This document shows, piece after piece, positions 20,893 through 31,118 of a DNA stretch of 64,000 nt. A program made the translations under genes and the position numbers. Every line of letters begins with the position of its first letter. Position 1 is the stretch's first letter. The notes under the pieces were generated by a model that searched no databases, was not told the origin of the DNA, and saw only the letters and a program-made list of their open reading frames with translations. Origin of the DNA: Trueperaceae bacterium (GTDB lineage: Bacteria > Deinococcota > Deinococci > Deinococcales > Trueperaceae); the NCBI GenBank assembly GCA_965213925.1, contig OZ243927.1:224001-288000 (forward strand). The letters are read 5' to 3'.

Positions 20893-21465
20893 ATGACAAC
20901 CCCCGAGCCCCAGTCCAAAGCTGACATCGTCGCTGCCCTCGACCTCCTGCGTACCGAAGGTTTATCCTTCTGGGCGTCGCTACCGCCCGAGCGCTTCGTC
21001 ACCCCCTTCGGGGAGTCCTGGTCTTCGGCTGACAACTTGCGCCACCTGATTCGGTCCACGATCCCCCTAGCGCAAGCGTTCGCGCTGCCGGGGGTGATGC
21101 TCGAAGCCCGCTTCGGCACTCCACAACGTCCGTCGCGTTCCTTCGGAGCGCTACGCGATGACTACCTCGAGCGGCTCGGGGTCGGGGTCGACGCGGGCGA
21201 CTACGCCCCGCCGAAAGTAGCACCACCTGCCGACCCAGCTACCTATCAACGTGATCTACTCGTCCGCTCCGGCAAGGTGCTTGCAGACCTAACGGCGGCG
21301 GTGACCAGATGGGACGAAGCCAAGCTCGATACCTACCAACTACCCCATCCGCTGCTGGGCGACTTGACGCTGCGCGAGATGCTCTTTTTTACGCTCTACC
21401 ACTACGCGCATCACCAGCAGAATGTCGCCCGGCGGCTGGCTGCTGTGGGCGGACCAACGAGCTAG
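20893..21465 (+). CDS. DinB family protein
   Basis: WSSADNLRHL and HPLLGDLTLREMLFFTLYHYAHH. Confidence 0.8.
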   Translation: MTTPEPQSKADIVAALDLLRTEGLSFWASLPPERFVTPFGESWSSADNLRHLIRSTIPLAQAFALPGVMLEARFGTPQRPSRSFGALRDDYLERLGVGVDAGDYAPPKVAPPADPATYQRDLLVRSGKVLADLTAAVTRWDEAKLDTYQLPHPLLGDLTLREMLFFTLYHYAHHQQNVARRLAAVGGPTS

Positions 21466-21753
21466 CGGGCGCAGCAGGCGCGTAGGTAAAGGTATCTTCG
21501 TCTACCGTTAGCGTCATCTGCGGCTAAAGTAGTTTCCCGTAGAGTGAGTTGCAAGGTTACTCGTGAGGTAGTCGCCAAAGCTTATCGGTGAGGTGGCGGG
21601 GCGCGGTGCATTTGTGCGCCAGTTGCGCGCGTTCGCCGTAAAAGCTAACCGAGTTGCTTGCAACTAAGCCTAACTCACCTGTTCCTCGCTCAGCCACCCT
21701 CTCCTTTGACCGGCGCAATGACCAGTGGAGGCGAGTATAGCAGTTCACATAAG

Positions 21754-21850
21754 CACTGAGCTTGAATCACGTAAGTGTCATTTCCAAACGTGCGCGCTAG
21801 ACTGCGTTCCCTCTTCTCGGATTGGCTCAAACCAAATGATATTTGCTATA
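21754..21850 (+). repeat. Copy of the CACGTAAGTATCAT...ACCAGATGATACCTGCT element
   Basis: cactgagcttgaatcacgtaagtgtcatttccaaacgtg ... accaaatgatatttgcta. Confidence 0.7.
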
Positions 21851-21967
21851 GAGATCAGATTAGAGCGAAAAGAGCTGCCACCAAAACGCCCACGGCATAA
21901 ACAGCCCCACGCCACCTAGTAATAGGACAAGCCAGGCGCGCTCAGCTCTCTGTACCAACTGCCGCTT

Positions 21968-22660
21968 TCAGTACCAGGCAGCGGTAAGTAGAAACGCTGT
22001 AAATAGAAATGCTGACGCGAGGAGCTGAAGGAGGAGCCAGCCAACCGGACGTCCGGCGATAACCGTGGTGATGATTATGGTCACGCCTTCGCCGGATGTC
22101 GCAGCGACATACCCCGTATAGGCGTACATACTCCAAGGGGTGACCAGACCGAGTACGGCTAGGCACCGGGCACTCCACCCGCCCGGCATCCGCTGCGGCT
22201 CGGCGCGGCGAAGATACCCGACACCCGCCGCGACGAGGTATCCGCCAAAGACAAGGTGAAACGAGACGAAGAAGGCGAGCTGCACCTCCCACTGGGCGAA
22301 GCCCCGCACAGCTGTTACCGAAGGTCTAGGCGGGTGCTCATTCGCGGGCAGTGCGTCGATATGTGGTCCTGGCGGATTGTTAGCGGTGACGCCCCGAATC
22401 CACGAGGTCATCATCTCGATGTAGCCCGGGGCGAGCGCGCCGGTCACCTGATCTCCTACGACTACATGCACATCGTGGTTAGCGTCCGCAATAAAGTGTA
22501 AGGCGTAGTGCCGGTTGCCTCCCCGCGCTAACGCTCGCTGCATAGCTCGGGCGCTTGCGGCGGTAGGCATGATGCGGTCCAGCGAACCCCAGATCGCGAG
22601 CACGGGTTGACGGAGCTGCTCGAGGACGGGCACCGGGTCATACGTCCCTTCGGCGAAGCG
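21968..22660 (-). pseudogene. Alpha/beta hydrolase C-terminal fragment with TM tail
   Basis: YDPVPVLEQLRQPVLAIWGSLD...ADANH; N-terminal half absent. Confidence 0.6.
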
Positions 22661-22726
22661 CCGCCCCTCGTTCGTATAGTGAAGGTAGTCGGCGATAGCG
22701 GCGTGTTCTACCTCGGCGAAAGCAAA

Positions 22727-23497
22727 CTAACCCTCTAGCATTTTTGCTTCTAAACCACCTAGGCGAACGCCCGTGCACCTGTGGCGTCGCGCTCGGCGCA
22801 GAAGGTTGCAGAGTTCAGATGCCGCTGCCTCATAGGAAAGACCCGCAGGGCGGACGTTCGAGATACAGTTGCGCTCGGCGTCGGTGCGACCGACCTTGGG
22901 TGTATACGTGACATAAATCCCTAAGCTGTCGGGGGCGCTCAAACCGGGACGTTCGCCGATAAGTACGATGGCGAACTTAGCCTGCAAGACCTCGCCAATT
23001 TCGTCGCCGATGGCGACGCGGCCGCCTTCGACTATGGTGAACGGCGCGAGCCGCCACTCGCTTAGCTGAGGGAGCGTCGCGGCTGAAAGAGGTGTGGCGT
23101 GGGCTTGCACTGCGGTCGCTGACAAGCCGTCAGCGACGACGAACACAGCGTCAAAGCCCCCTTCGCGCTTCGTTTCGGCGAGCGCGCGCCGTGAGCGCAC
23201 GTCCAGCCTCCGCCCCAAGTTAGGGCGCATAATGTAGGTTTCTCGGTCGGTTGCAGCGCTACGCACGCGCACGGTCTCGCGGTCCAAAGCGTTGAGTCCT
23301 TGCTCGAGCCTATCCAAATCGAGTTCAGCCTTCACCGCGTCCCGAGCGCGGGCGTGGGCGAGTTGAAACTCGAGGCTGGCATTCGTCGGCACACTGCCTC
23401 CAGCGCGGCCCAGGGCGACGCGAGCGGGCGTATAGGCTTTGAGCGCGGTCCAGGGTGTCGGCGTCACGATATTTCTTGGATCGGCGTCACGCTTCAC
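22727..23497 (-). CDS. eutC: Ethanolamine ammonia-lyase small subunit
   Basis: TPARVALGRAG, HARARDAV, ADGLSA, LIGERPGLS and ERNCISNV. Confidence 0.9.
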   Translation of the reverse strand: MKRDADPRNIVTPTPWTALKAYTPARVALGRAGGSVPTNASLEFQLAHARARDAVKAELDLDRLEQGLNALDRETVRVRSAATDRETYIMRPNLGRRLDVRSRRALAETKREGGFDAVFVVADGLSATAVQAHATPLSAATLPQLSEWRLAPFTIVEGGRVAIGDEIGEVLQAKFAIVLIGERPGLSAPDSLGIYVTYTPKVGRTDAERNCISNVRPAGLSYEAAASELCNLLRRARRHRCTGVRLGGLEAKMLEG

Positions 23498-24220
23498 GGT
23501 AGATTCTCCAAGAGCGCGTGTCCTTCGTTCGTGGGCAAGGGGCGGTTGTGCGTATCAAATACACCCATCTCGGTGAGCCAAGCTTCGAACTCGGGCGCGG
23601 GGCGCAGCCCGAGCAGCTCGCGCAAGTAGAGCGCGTCATGAAACGAGGTGCTCTGATACCCAAGCATCACATCGTCCGCGCCAGGCACGCCCATGACGTA
23701 CGTCACACCCGCCGCGCCGAGCAGGGTGAGGAGCGTGTCGGTGTCATCGCTGTCGGCTTCAGCGTGGTTGGTGTAACACACGTCCACGCCCATCGGCAGC
23801 CCGAGTAGCTTGCCGCAAAAGTGATCCTCCAGCCCTGCACGGATGATTTGCTTACCATCGAAGAGGTACTCTGGACCGATAAAGCCGACGAGCGTATTAA
23901 CGAGGAGCGGCCGGTAACGCCGCGCTACAGCGTAGGCTCGAGCCTCGAGCGTTTGCTGGTCCACGCCGTGATGCGCGTTCGCCGAGAGACCGCTACCCTG
24001 ACCCGTCTCGAAATACATTACGTTATTTCCCAGCGTGCCCCTGTTAAGACCCAAAGTAGCGCTATGCGCCTCGTCTAGCAGGGCTAAATCGACGCCGAAG
24101 CTCCGGTTCGTGCCCTCGCTGCCGCCGATGGACTGGAACATGAGGTCAAGGGGTGCGCCGCGTTCGAGCGCCGCAAGCTGCGTTGTGACATGCCCGAGTA
24201 CGCACGCTTGCGTGGGGAAG
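23494..24220 (-). pseudogene. eutB: Ethanolamine ammonia-lyase large subunit, 3' half only
   Basis: PTQACVLGHVTTQ, MYFETGQGS, GFIGPEYL and GLEDHFCGKLLG; N-terminal half replaced by unrelated DNA. Confidence 0.85.
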
Positions 24221-24224
24221 ATGG

Positions 24225-25547
24225 TGCCTGAGTAATTCGCACCGAACGGAACGAGAAGACTACCAAACTCGGGGCTCATCATCTCTTGAACGGAACTGTA
24301 GCTATCGCTAGTAACTGATATTTCAGCTATAGCTGAGTCACTACCCGAAGTATTGCTTACCATCAGGGTTACAAAAAAGACTCTTCCCTCTTCAGTAAAG
24401 GTTTAACCTTCTTCCCTTTTGCCGTGGTCCCATCACCAAAGTCCCATTCGTACTTGAGTCCTTTGCCCACAGACTCACTCGCGTCAAAAGTCACCTCTAA
24501 AGGGGCGATGCCGAAAGGAACATCGTAGCTGAATTTCGCTTCAACGTCTTTCGTATCCTCTTCAGTTTGCAAACTCACCTCACTCAACCTCACCTGAGCA
24601 CTCTGAGCATCAAGCGACATTCCTAGCTGAGTAGGGTTACTGAGAAGTAGCGCGGTGGTTGCCACGAGTTGCCAGCTCAATCCATCTTCAGATTCATAGG
24701 CATAAACACGGTCCTCCTTTCTTTCTAACTTGAGCCAGACCGGTCCTTGCAAGCTGCCCGCTTCACGTGTGAGGGTGCCGTCTTCTCCTTTCACTTCGAA
24801 GGTGATGCCCGCAGGCGTCAGCGCAAGCAGGGCGTAAGGTGCGTCTGGCGCTAAGCTGCCGCGCAGCATCAGCCCTGCTTTGCCGTTCTGGTCAATGGTT
24901 TCTAGGTCGGTCACACGTGCCACTAGACTACCGTTGCCCTCTAAGGACTGGTAGACGAAATGGTTACTTTGGTTGCCTTCAACGTTCAAGGTGAAGGCTT
25001 GGTTAGGAGCGTCGAAGGTAGCGTTACCGGTGCCTTCGCCCAGCGTCTCTTGTTGCCAAGGTGCGGGCAGGCTTGACGGGTCGTCGTGAGCTGCGACGGT
25101 AAAGCTCGAGTCAAAAGGCTCGAGAGTTTGTTCCTGATTGTTCTTCGCGGCGTCAGTGATTTGGAGGGCGTAGGTACCGGGCTCGAGCGCAGCATTCGGC
25201 GCAAAGCTCACCGTTTGGTCATCTTGCCAGGTGAAGCTGCCCTCGACAGGCGTGCTGCTTCCACACGCACTCGGGTTACTCGCCTTCACTTGCTGCTGCT
25301 CGCCGTCCACGAAAAGGCGAGCCGTCTGGCTACCACCTTGGGTGTAGAAGAACACATCGCTGTTCGCAGGCACAATGCCTGCACCTTTTTCCTCTTGTCC
25401 AGCGATGTCCCAGGTAAAACGGATGGCTTCGTCGTTCGGGTTACGCACCCGCCAGCGCCCTTCGCACATCGAGGTCAGCTTGAGCGGCTCGAAAGCAGCA
25501 GGGTTGGTGAAGCTCGCGTCGTCGGGTGAGGGTGGGGCGACTGTCAA
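24225..25547 (-). pseudogene. Internal fragment of a large secreted Ig-like/beta-sandwich/PKD protein
   Basis: F.PNAALEPGTY, GKAGLMLRGSL..PVWLKLER and APLEVTFDAS..YEWDFGDG; no signal peptide; frameshift near 24400; runs into the eutB remnant. Confidence 0.6.
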
Positions 25548-25553
25548 GGGACA

Positions 25554-27697
25554 TTAATCATCCTCCACGAGCGCGTCGAGCGCCGACGAAACACTGTCGT
25601 CAAACAGGGGGAGGTTCGGCTTTGTCGGCGGCGTGGGAGGCGGGGAAGCCGCGTCCGCAAGTACCTCGCGGCGCTCGCCGAGCTTCTCCGCCTGCCGGTT
25701 CTCGGTGATGCCGCGTACCCGCGCCGCGTTCGACTCGGTGTTCGGCACGGACGCTACGCGGTCCTTAGCCTCCTGGACGATCTGCTCGACCTGCACGTCC
25801 GTGTGGATACGCGCCTGCCGCTTGGTCCCTTCCTCGCGGCGGCGGTGAAACTCCTCCAGGGTCTGCTCCAACTGCAGCTCGGCCCAGGGGACGCCGCCCG
25901 ACGCGCCCGCGCCGGGTATCTCATCTCCTCGCAGCGGATGAGGTCCTTGTGGTCTCTGAGGTGCAGCCATACGTGCCCGCTCGTCCACGGGTCGTAGGCC
26001 ATGCGCCAGGTGCCGCTTTGACGCGCCTTAGCACGCCACTTCCGCTCCTCGATGTAGGCGCAGGTGTAGTACTGACCGCCGTAGCGGAGGCCGCGCGGGG
26101 TCATGGTTGCCTTCGCGCTCGGCAGCATCTTGCGCCGCACCACCTCGGGGGCAAAGTATCTGAGCGTGCCGCTGCGGTGCTCAATGCCCCAGTGCCACAG
26201 CTCCAGCGGGTTAGCCCGCACCCGCGACCGCACCATATCGGGGTCTTTGGGGTAGCCCTTGATGAGCGCGTACTGGTTGTGTTCGATGAAGCAGAGGGCG
26301 AGGATTTTGCGCAAATCGCCGAGGGTGAGGGCACTCTCCAGGCGGTAGTCCTTGTCGCCGCGCACGGTCCGGCGCACCGCCGCAGGGAGCCAATGGAGAA
26401 CGCGCTTGTTCGTCAGCCCGAAGTGCCGCTCGACGATCGCCTTCCAGTCCGCGCGGTAGGGCGGCGTGTTCGCGGCGTTGACCCTGAACCCTTGTACCAA
26501 GGCGTCCGAGTAGGTGCTCTTCAGCTCGCCGCCGTCGCCCAGCACGGACTCCGGGAAGTGCTCCACCGGCCAGACATCAGGGGTGATGGCGATGTCGAGC
26601 GAACGGCAGAAGGCGACCTTGTCCGTCGCGACGTTCTCGAAGGCGAGCACGGCGCTCATCCAGCTCGGACCCTCGAGCCCCGCGGTGAAGCCGACGACGA
26701 GGCGGCTGAACTGGTCGATGACGACGTAGATGACGGGCCGCCCGATGATGAGGCGCGGGTCGCGCGAGGACACCAGGTAGACGTCGCCGATGGTCGCGTC
26801 GACCTGGTAGACAGCCCCCGGTCGGTCGGCGGTGGCGGAGGAGTCGCTACGCATAGGGCGGTGCTTGAGGTTGTAGGCACGCTCGCCCTCGCGCTTGCGG
26901 AGGGCGCGGTCGGGGTCTTTGGCTTTGCCGTACCAGTACCTGAACTGAGCCAAGGTGGGGAGCTGGTCGTCGGGCAGGAGGACGGGGACGCGCACGCCGT
27001 TGGGCAAAACGTCGTAGCCGTCACGGAAGTATTTGCTGAGCCCCCGCCGGAACGCTTCTTCCTCAGTGATCCTCTCTTCGTCTTCGTAGAACTCTTCGCC
27101 GATCTTCACGAGCAACTCGCGAACGCGCTCATCGACATTGATACCTGTGATCTGCCCGGTCACTTCTTTAATAAGTGTCGGGCGACCGCGCCGCTTGCTG
27201 TGGTCAACGTCCTTCGTGCGGTCCTGGCTGTAACCGCCGGACTTCTCGTAGCGCGGGATCAGCGCGTGGAGGGTCTGCCCGCCCTTCCAGTAGCGGTAGA
27301 GGAGGGTGTAGACAGTTTCTTTCACTGCGAGTCCGCTCTCGACCACTTGCGCGATGAGCTGACCTCGAGCCTTGCGGTCGTACATGTCCGTCCCGGCTTG
27401 GATGATGGGCTCGAGTATATTCCAGGCGCGGTCCCGCCCTTCGCGCTCTGCCTGGGTCAATTCTCCCTCATCGCGCGGCAGGGCGAGCCAAGGGTCGTGT
27501 CTGAGTACGCGGATATTTCCACCCTCGAGTTCGGCCCGGAGGCTGGACAGCTCGAGCCGCGCGGGTTGGGCGCGACCCTTGTCTTTGATCTCAATAACGA
27601 CGATGGAGTCGGCTTCGCTACTCATATAAAGCACGCGCTCAGTGCGCGCCGCGCCGTCGTCGAGGGTTTCGATAAGGACGTTATTGGTGAGGTACAC
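25554..27697 (-). pseudogene. tnsB: Tn7-like TnsB (Mu-type DDE transposase), frameshifted near 25920
   Basis: YQVDATIGD, IGRPVIYVVIDQFSR, LGDGGE and PYRADWKAIVERHF; GGAGG RBS before GTG 27697; C-terminus continues in ORF 25554-25988. Confidence 0.85.
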
Positions 27698-27705
27698 GCA
27701 GCCTC

Positions 27706-28498
27706 CTAACCCTGCTGTAGCGCGAGCGGCTGGGCGGGGTTGATGCGCTGGGACATGTCCACCTGCCACTGCCGGGTCGCGAGCAGATGACGCGCGAGGG
27801 CGAGGAAGCTCCCAACCGGCAGGCTGAAGTCGTCGTCGCAGCGGCGGGCAACGCGGGCTAGGGCGTCGGCGCTGGCTCGGACCTCGCCGGTGAGGTAGCG
27901 AACGAGAGCGGGTAGGTCTTCCATGTTGAAGTCGAAGCCCTCGAGTGTGAAGTGCGGGTGCAACCACTGGATGTTAGCGACCAAGTCCAGCGGAATATCT
28001 CCGGCGATGACGATACCCCAGTCCACACCCCGTTCGAGCCAGTACACGCGCTCGATCTCAAGCTTCTGCAAGACCCGCTCGTCGCCCAGTTCGCTCGCCT
28101 CTTTGATCGTGCGCACGACCCAGCGCCTATCGTCAAGGACGATGAGGAAATCGGATGTCATGATCATGTAGTCGCCGCCCGGCGGGGCGGGGTGCTTGAA
28201 ACCGAGTTCGGCGGCGATGCGCTGAGTCTCCTCCAAAGGCCACAGCGGATACTGCTCGCGGATATCGACGACTTGCGTCGATATCCGCGAGCAAGTAGAA
28301 GTAGCGCAATTCGTTCAGACTCAGGAGGTGATGAATCCGTTTCGTCTTCCAACCCAAGGGACGGTTGGACTGGCCCCGCGAAGGGACGTCGCGAACGGTG
28401 AGCCAAGGTTAGTAGAATTCGCCTTCGCCCTGACCTCGTCCCTCTTTCCAACGTCTTTGGATAGCTTGCTTGGTGAGACCTCGGTTACGTCTTGCCAT
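27706..28498 (-). pseudogene. tnsA: Tn7-like TnsA endonuclease, inactivated
   Basis: Reconstructed MARR...KEGRGQGEGEFY*PWLTVRDVPSRG..GWKTKRIHHLLS.NE..DIREQYPL..MTSDFL..KLEIERVYW; two frameshifts and an in-frame TAA. Confidence 0.88.
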
Positions 28499-28628
28499 AC
28501 GACCCAACTCCTACAACAAAGAACTGAGCGAGCTTAGGCTCGCTCAGTTTGCTTCGGAGTCGATGTCAGAGATGTCGCTACTACCACGAGTAGCTGCTCT
28601 AGACTATTGTAGGAGACTTAAGGGTAAA

Positions 28629-28695
28629 AGTCCAGAACTTTCCCACCAAAGTCTAGGACTTTTTTATTAGTCCAGAACTTTTTTATTTCTCTACA
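28629..28695 (-). mobile_element. Tn7-like right end with three TnsB-binding repeats at attTn7
   Basis: Minus strand TGTAGAGA-AATAAAAAAGTTCTGGACT-AATAAAAAAGTCCTAGACT-..AAAGTTCTGGACT, starting 26 bp after the glmS stop. Confidence 0.85.
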
Positions 28696-28721
28696 ACAGC
28701 GGTAATATTTTTCTTGCACAC

Positions 28722-30551
28722 TTACTCAACTGTCACGCTCTTGGCAAGGTTTCTTGGTTGATCAACATCGCAACCTAGACGCGCCGCCGTTTCGTACGCG
28801 AGCAGCTGCATAGCGACGACGTTCACCAGAGGCGAAACAAGCTCATGCGTTTGTGGGGCTCGCATCACAACGTCGGCGTGCTCCTCAATCTGGGTGTCAC
28901 CGTAGTTGGCAAGGGCGATAACGATGCCGTCTCTAGCTTTGACCTCTTGCAAATTGGAGACCGTTTTATCGTAAAGCCTAGAAGCCGTTGCGACGGCGAC
29001 GACAGGCATCTGGTCGTCGATGAGCGCAATTGGACCGTGCTTCATCTCGCCTGTGGCGTAGGCTTCGGCGTGAATGTAAGAGATTTCTTTGAGCTTGAGA
29101 GCCCCCTCTAACGCGGTAGGAAAGTTGATGCTGCGACCTAAGAAGAGGTAGTCGCTGTAATCTTTGAAACGTTCCGCCACCTGAGCGATGTGTTCGCGTT
29201 CTTTGAGGGCGTCCTCAAGTAATCCCGGCGTTTGCCGCAGCGCGTGAATAAGGTTTGCCGCGTCCGCATCATTGAGGGTACCGCGTGCGCGTCCGAGCCA
29301 GATGGCGACGAGTTCAAACGCGGCGACCATCGCGGTGTACGCTTTGGTACTTGCGACGCCGATTTCTGGTCCGGCGTGAATGTAGAGCGTGTCGTCAGCC
29401 TCGCGGCTAATGGAAGACCCTTTGACGTTAAGGATGGCTAAAGACTTTGCGCCTTGACGCTGCGCTTCGCGGAGCGCTTCTAACGTGTCAATTGTTTCGC
29501 CCGACTGCGAAACGACGATGCAGAGCGTACGCTCATCTAATACAGGCTCGCGGTAGCGAAATTCGCTGGCGATTTCAACGTCCACAGGTAAGCGGGCGAG
29601 CTTCTCAATCAGGTATTCGCCGACCATGCCCGAGTAGTACGCGGTGCCCGCCGCCGTCACGATAACGCGGTCGAACGCGAGCGGGTCGAGGTTGAGGTCA
29701 AGCTGCACGTCCATACCGTTCGCGGCGAAGCGGCTCCCAAACGTATTTTGCAGCACGGCGGGCTGCTCGTAGATTTCTTTAAGCATATAGTGTTCGAAAC
29801 CCGCTTTTTCGGCAGCTTCCGCGTCCCAATCTACGGTAGACACCTCGCGCTCTAAGGTCTGCCCTGTAAAGTCGGTGACGGTGAAGCTGTCTTCGCTGAT
29901 GAGCGCCATGTCGCCGTCGTGTAAGAAGACGACTTCTCTGGTATAGGGCAAGAGCGCGGGCACATCGCTCGCCACGAAGTTTTCACCGTCGCCGAGCCCT
30001 AAAACCATCGGGCTCGTCGCCCTCGCCGCCACGATGAGGTCGTGCTCGGCGTGCGAGACGACGAGCGCGTAAGCGCCCGTCACCTGGCTTAACGCCGTGC
30101 GCACAGCAGCGACGAGGTCGCCCTCGTAATGCTCCTCGATAAGGTGCACCATGACTTCGGTGTCTGTCTCCGAGACGAAGGTGTGCCCCTCTTGAATGAG
30201 CTGCTCTCTTAGCGGCACGTAGTTCTCGATAATGCCGTTATGAATCACGGCGAGCTTGCCGTCTTCGGAGAGGTGGGGGTGCGCATTTGTATCGTTAGGT
30301 CTGCCGTGCGTCGCCCAACGGGTATGACCCAAACCCAGCGTTCCTTTGAGCGGGCGTGTCTCTAGCGCCTCCTCTAAATTTCTGAGCTTACCTGCCTTTT
30401 TCACCACGTTGAGATGCGCGAGCGAAGCGTCGCCCCGTGGCGAAATCACGACCCCAGCAGAATCGTAGCCGCGGTACTCGAGCCTCCTAAGCCCGTCCAT
30501 AATCACATCCGTTGCTTGACGGTGTCCAACGTAACCCACAATGCCGCACAT
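28722..30551 (-). CDS. glmS: Glutamine--fructose-6-phosphate transaminase
   Basis: MCGIVG, LEYRGYDSAG, GHTRWATHG, SQSGET and QPRNLAKSVTVE. Confidence 0.97.
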   Translation of the reverse strand: MCGIVGYVGHRQATDVIMDGLRRLEYRGYDSAGVVISPRGDASLAHLNVVKKAGKLRNLEEALETRPLKGTLGLGHTRWATHGRPNDTNAHPHLSEDGKLAVIHNGIIENYVPLREQLIQEGHTFVSETDTEVMVHLIEEHYEGDLVAAVRTALSQVTGAYALVVSHAEHDLIVAARATSPMVLGLGDGENFVASDVPALLPYTREVVFLHDGDMALISEDSFTVTDFTGQTLEREVSTVDWDAEAAEKAGFEHYMLKEIYEQPAVLQNTFGSRFAANGMDVQLDLNLDPLAFDRVIVTAAGTAYYSGMVGEYLIEKLARLPVDVEIASEFRYREPVLDERTLCIVVSQSGETIDTLEALREAQRQGAKSLAILNVKGSSISREADDTLYIHAGPEIGVASTKAYTAMVAAFELVAIWLGRARGTLNDADAANLIHALRQTPGLLEDALKEREHIAQVAERFKDYSDYLFLGRSINFPTALEGALKLKEISYIHAEAYATGEMKHGPIALIDDQMPVVAVATASRLYDKTVSNLQEVKARDGIVIALANYGDTQIEEHADVVMRAPQTHELVSPLVNVVAMQLLAYETAARLGCDVDQPRNLAKSVTVE

Positions 30552-30769
30552 AGAAACTCCTTAATGGTTAGGTATCATCTAATTCGAGCCGGTCTCAGAG
30601 GTTGCAGCGTGTCGCACCCTACGGGGTGATGATACCTAGATAACTCAACCCTTTAGCTCTAAATTGCCTAATTGACCGTCGCTAACCATAGACAAACCTA
30701 TGCCTAGAGTGTAGACCCAACAGCCAGCAACGCTCCGTGACGCCTAACCTTTCAGCGCCAACGTCTCTT

Positions 30770-31097
30770 TCTTTGTTTTGTAGAACTCTATTTTGGGGTG
30801 AACCCTACGACCTCGAGTGAGGGGTTCGTCTCAGGAGGGGCCCGCAGACTTAATCTCGCGTTTTACAGCAGTACAGCAGGTATCATCTGGTCAGAGACGT
30901 TCTCAGTTAATGAAGTACCACTCTTAACATTCACGTTTAGAGATGATACTTACGTGATTCGTTTCTCAACCATCGTGATTGTCACCGCGTATCTGCGTCT
31001 ATCTCTAGCATCACGTTAATCTCAAAAACTGATAACGAAATCTAGAGCCCTCCACCTCGTCACCTAAGCGAGCTTGCCTCGACTTAGGGCTTGCGCT
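30770..31097 (-). ncRNA. glmS ribozyme (GlcN6P-responsive) with large internal insertion; 3' boundary approximate
   Basis: AGCGCAAG-P1(CCUAAG/CUUAGG)-UGACGAGGUGGAGGG ... UCUGCGGGCCCCUCC ... ACAAAAC upstream of glmS. Confidence 0.75.
30874..30960 (-). repeat. Copy of the CACGTAAGTATCAT...ACCAGATGATACCTGCT element inside the glmS ribozyme
   Basis: Aligns by eye over ~80 bp with 39055-39133. Confidence 0.75.
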
Positions 31098-31118
31098 TCC
31101 TCGAGTGTGACGCGCCAA

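Noticed and set aside
22308..22315. ACAGC-TGT match to the predicted target duplication plus transposon end
   Set aside because: Lies inside continuous coding sequence and is not followed by TnsB-type repeats
23494..24363. 289-aa ORF as an intact EutB
   Set aside because: The N-terminal ~48 aa belong to the PKD protein remnant; half of EutB is missing
25949..27709. 586-aa plus-strand ORF
   Set aside because: Antisense shadow of GC-rich tnsB; no recognisable motifs
25554..28700. CRISPR-associated transposon (CAST)
   Set aside because: No cas genes, tniQ or repeat-spacer array visible anywhere in the window
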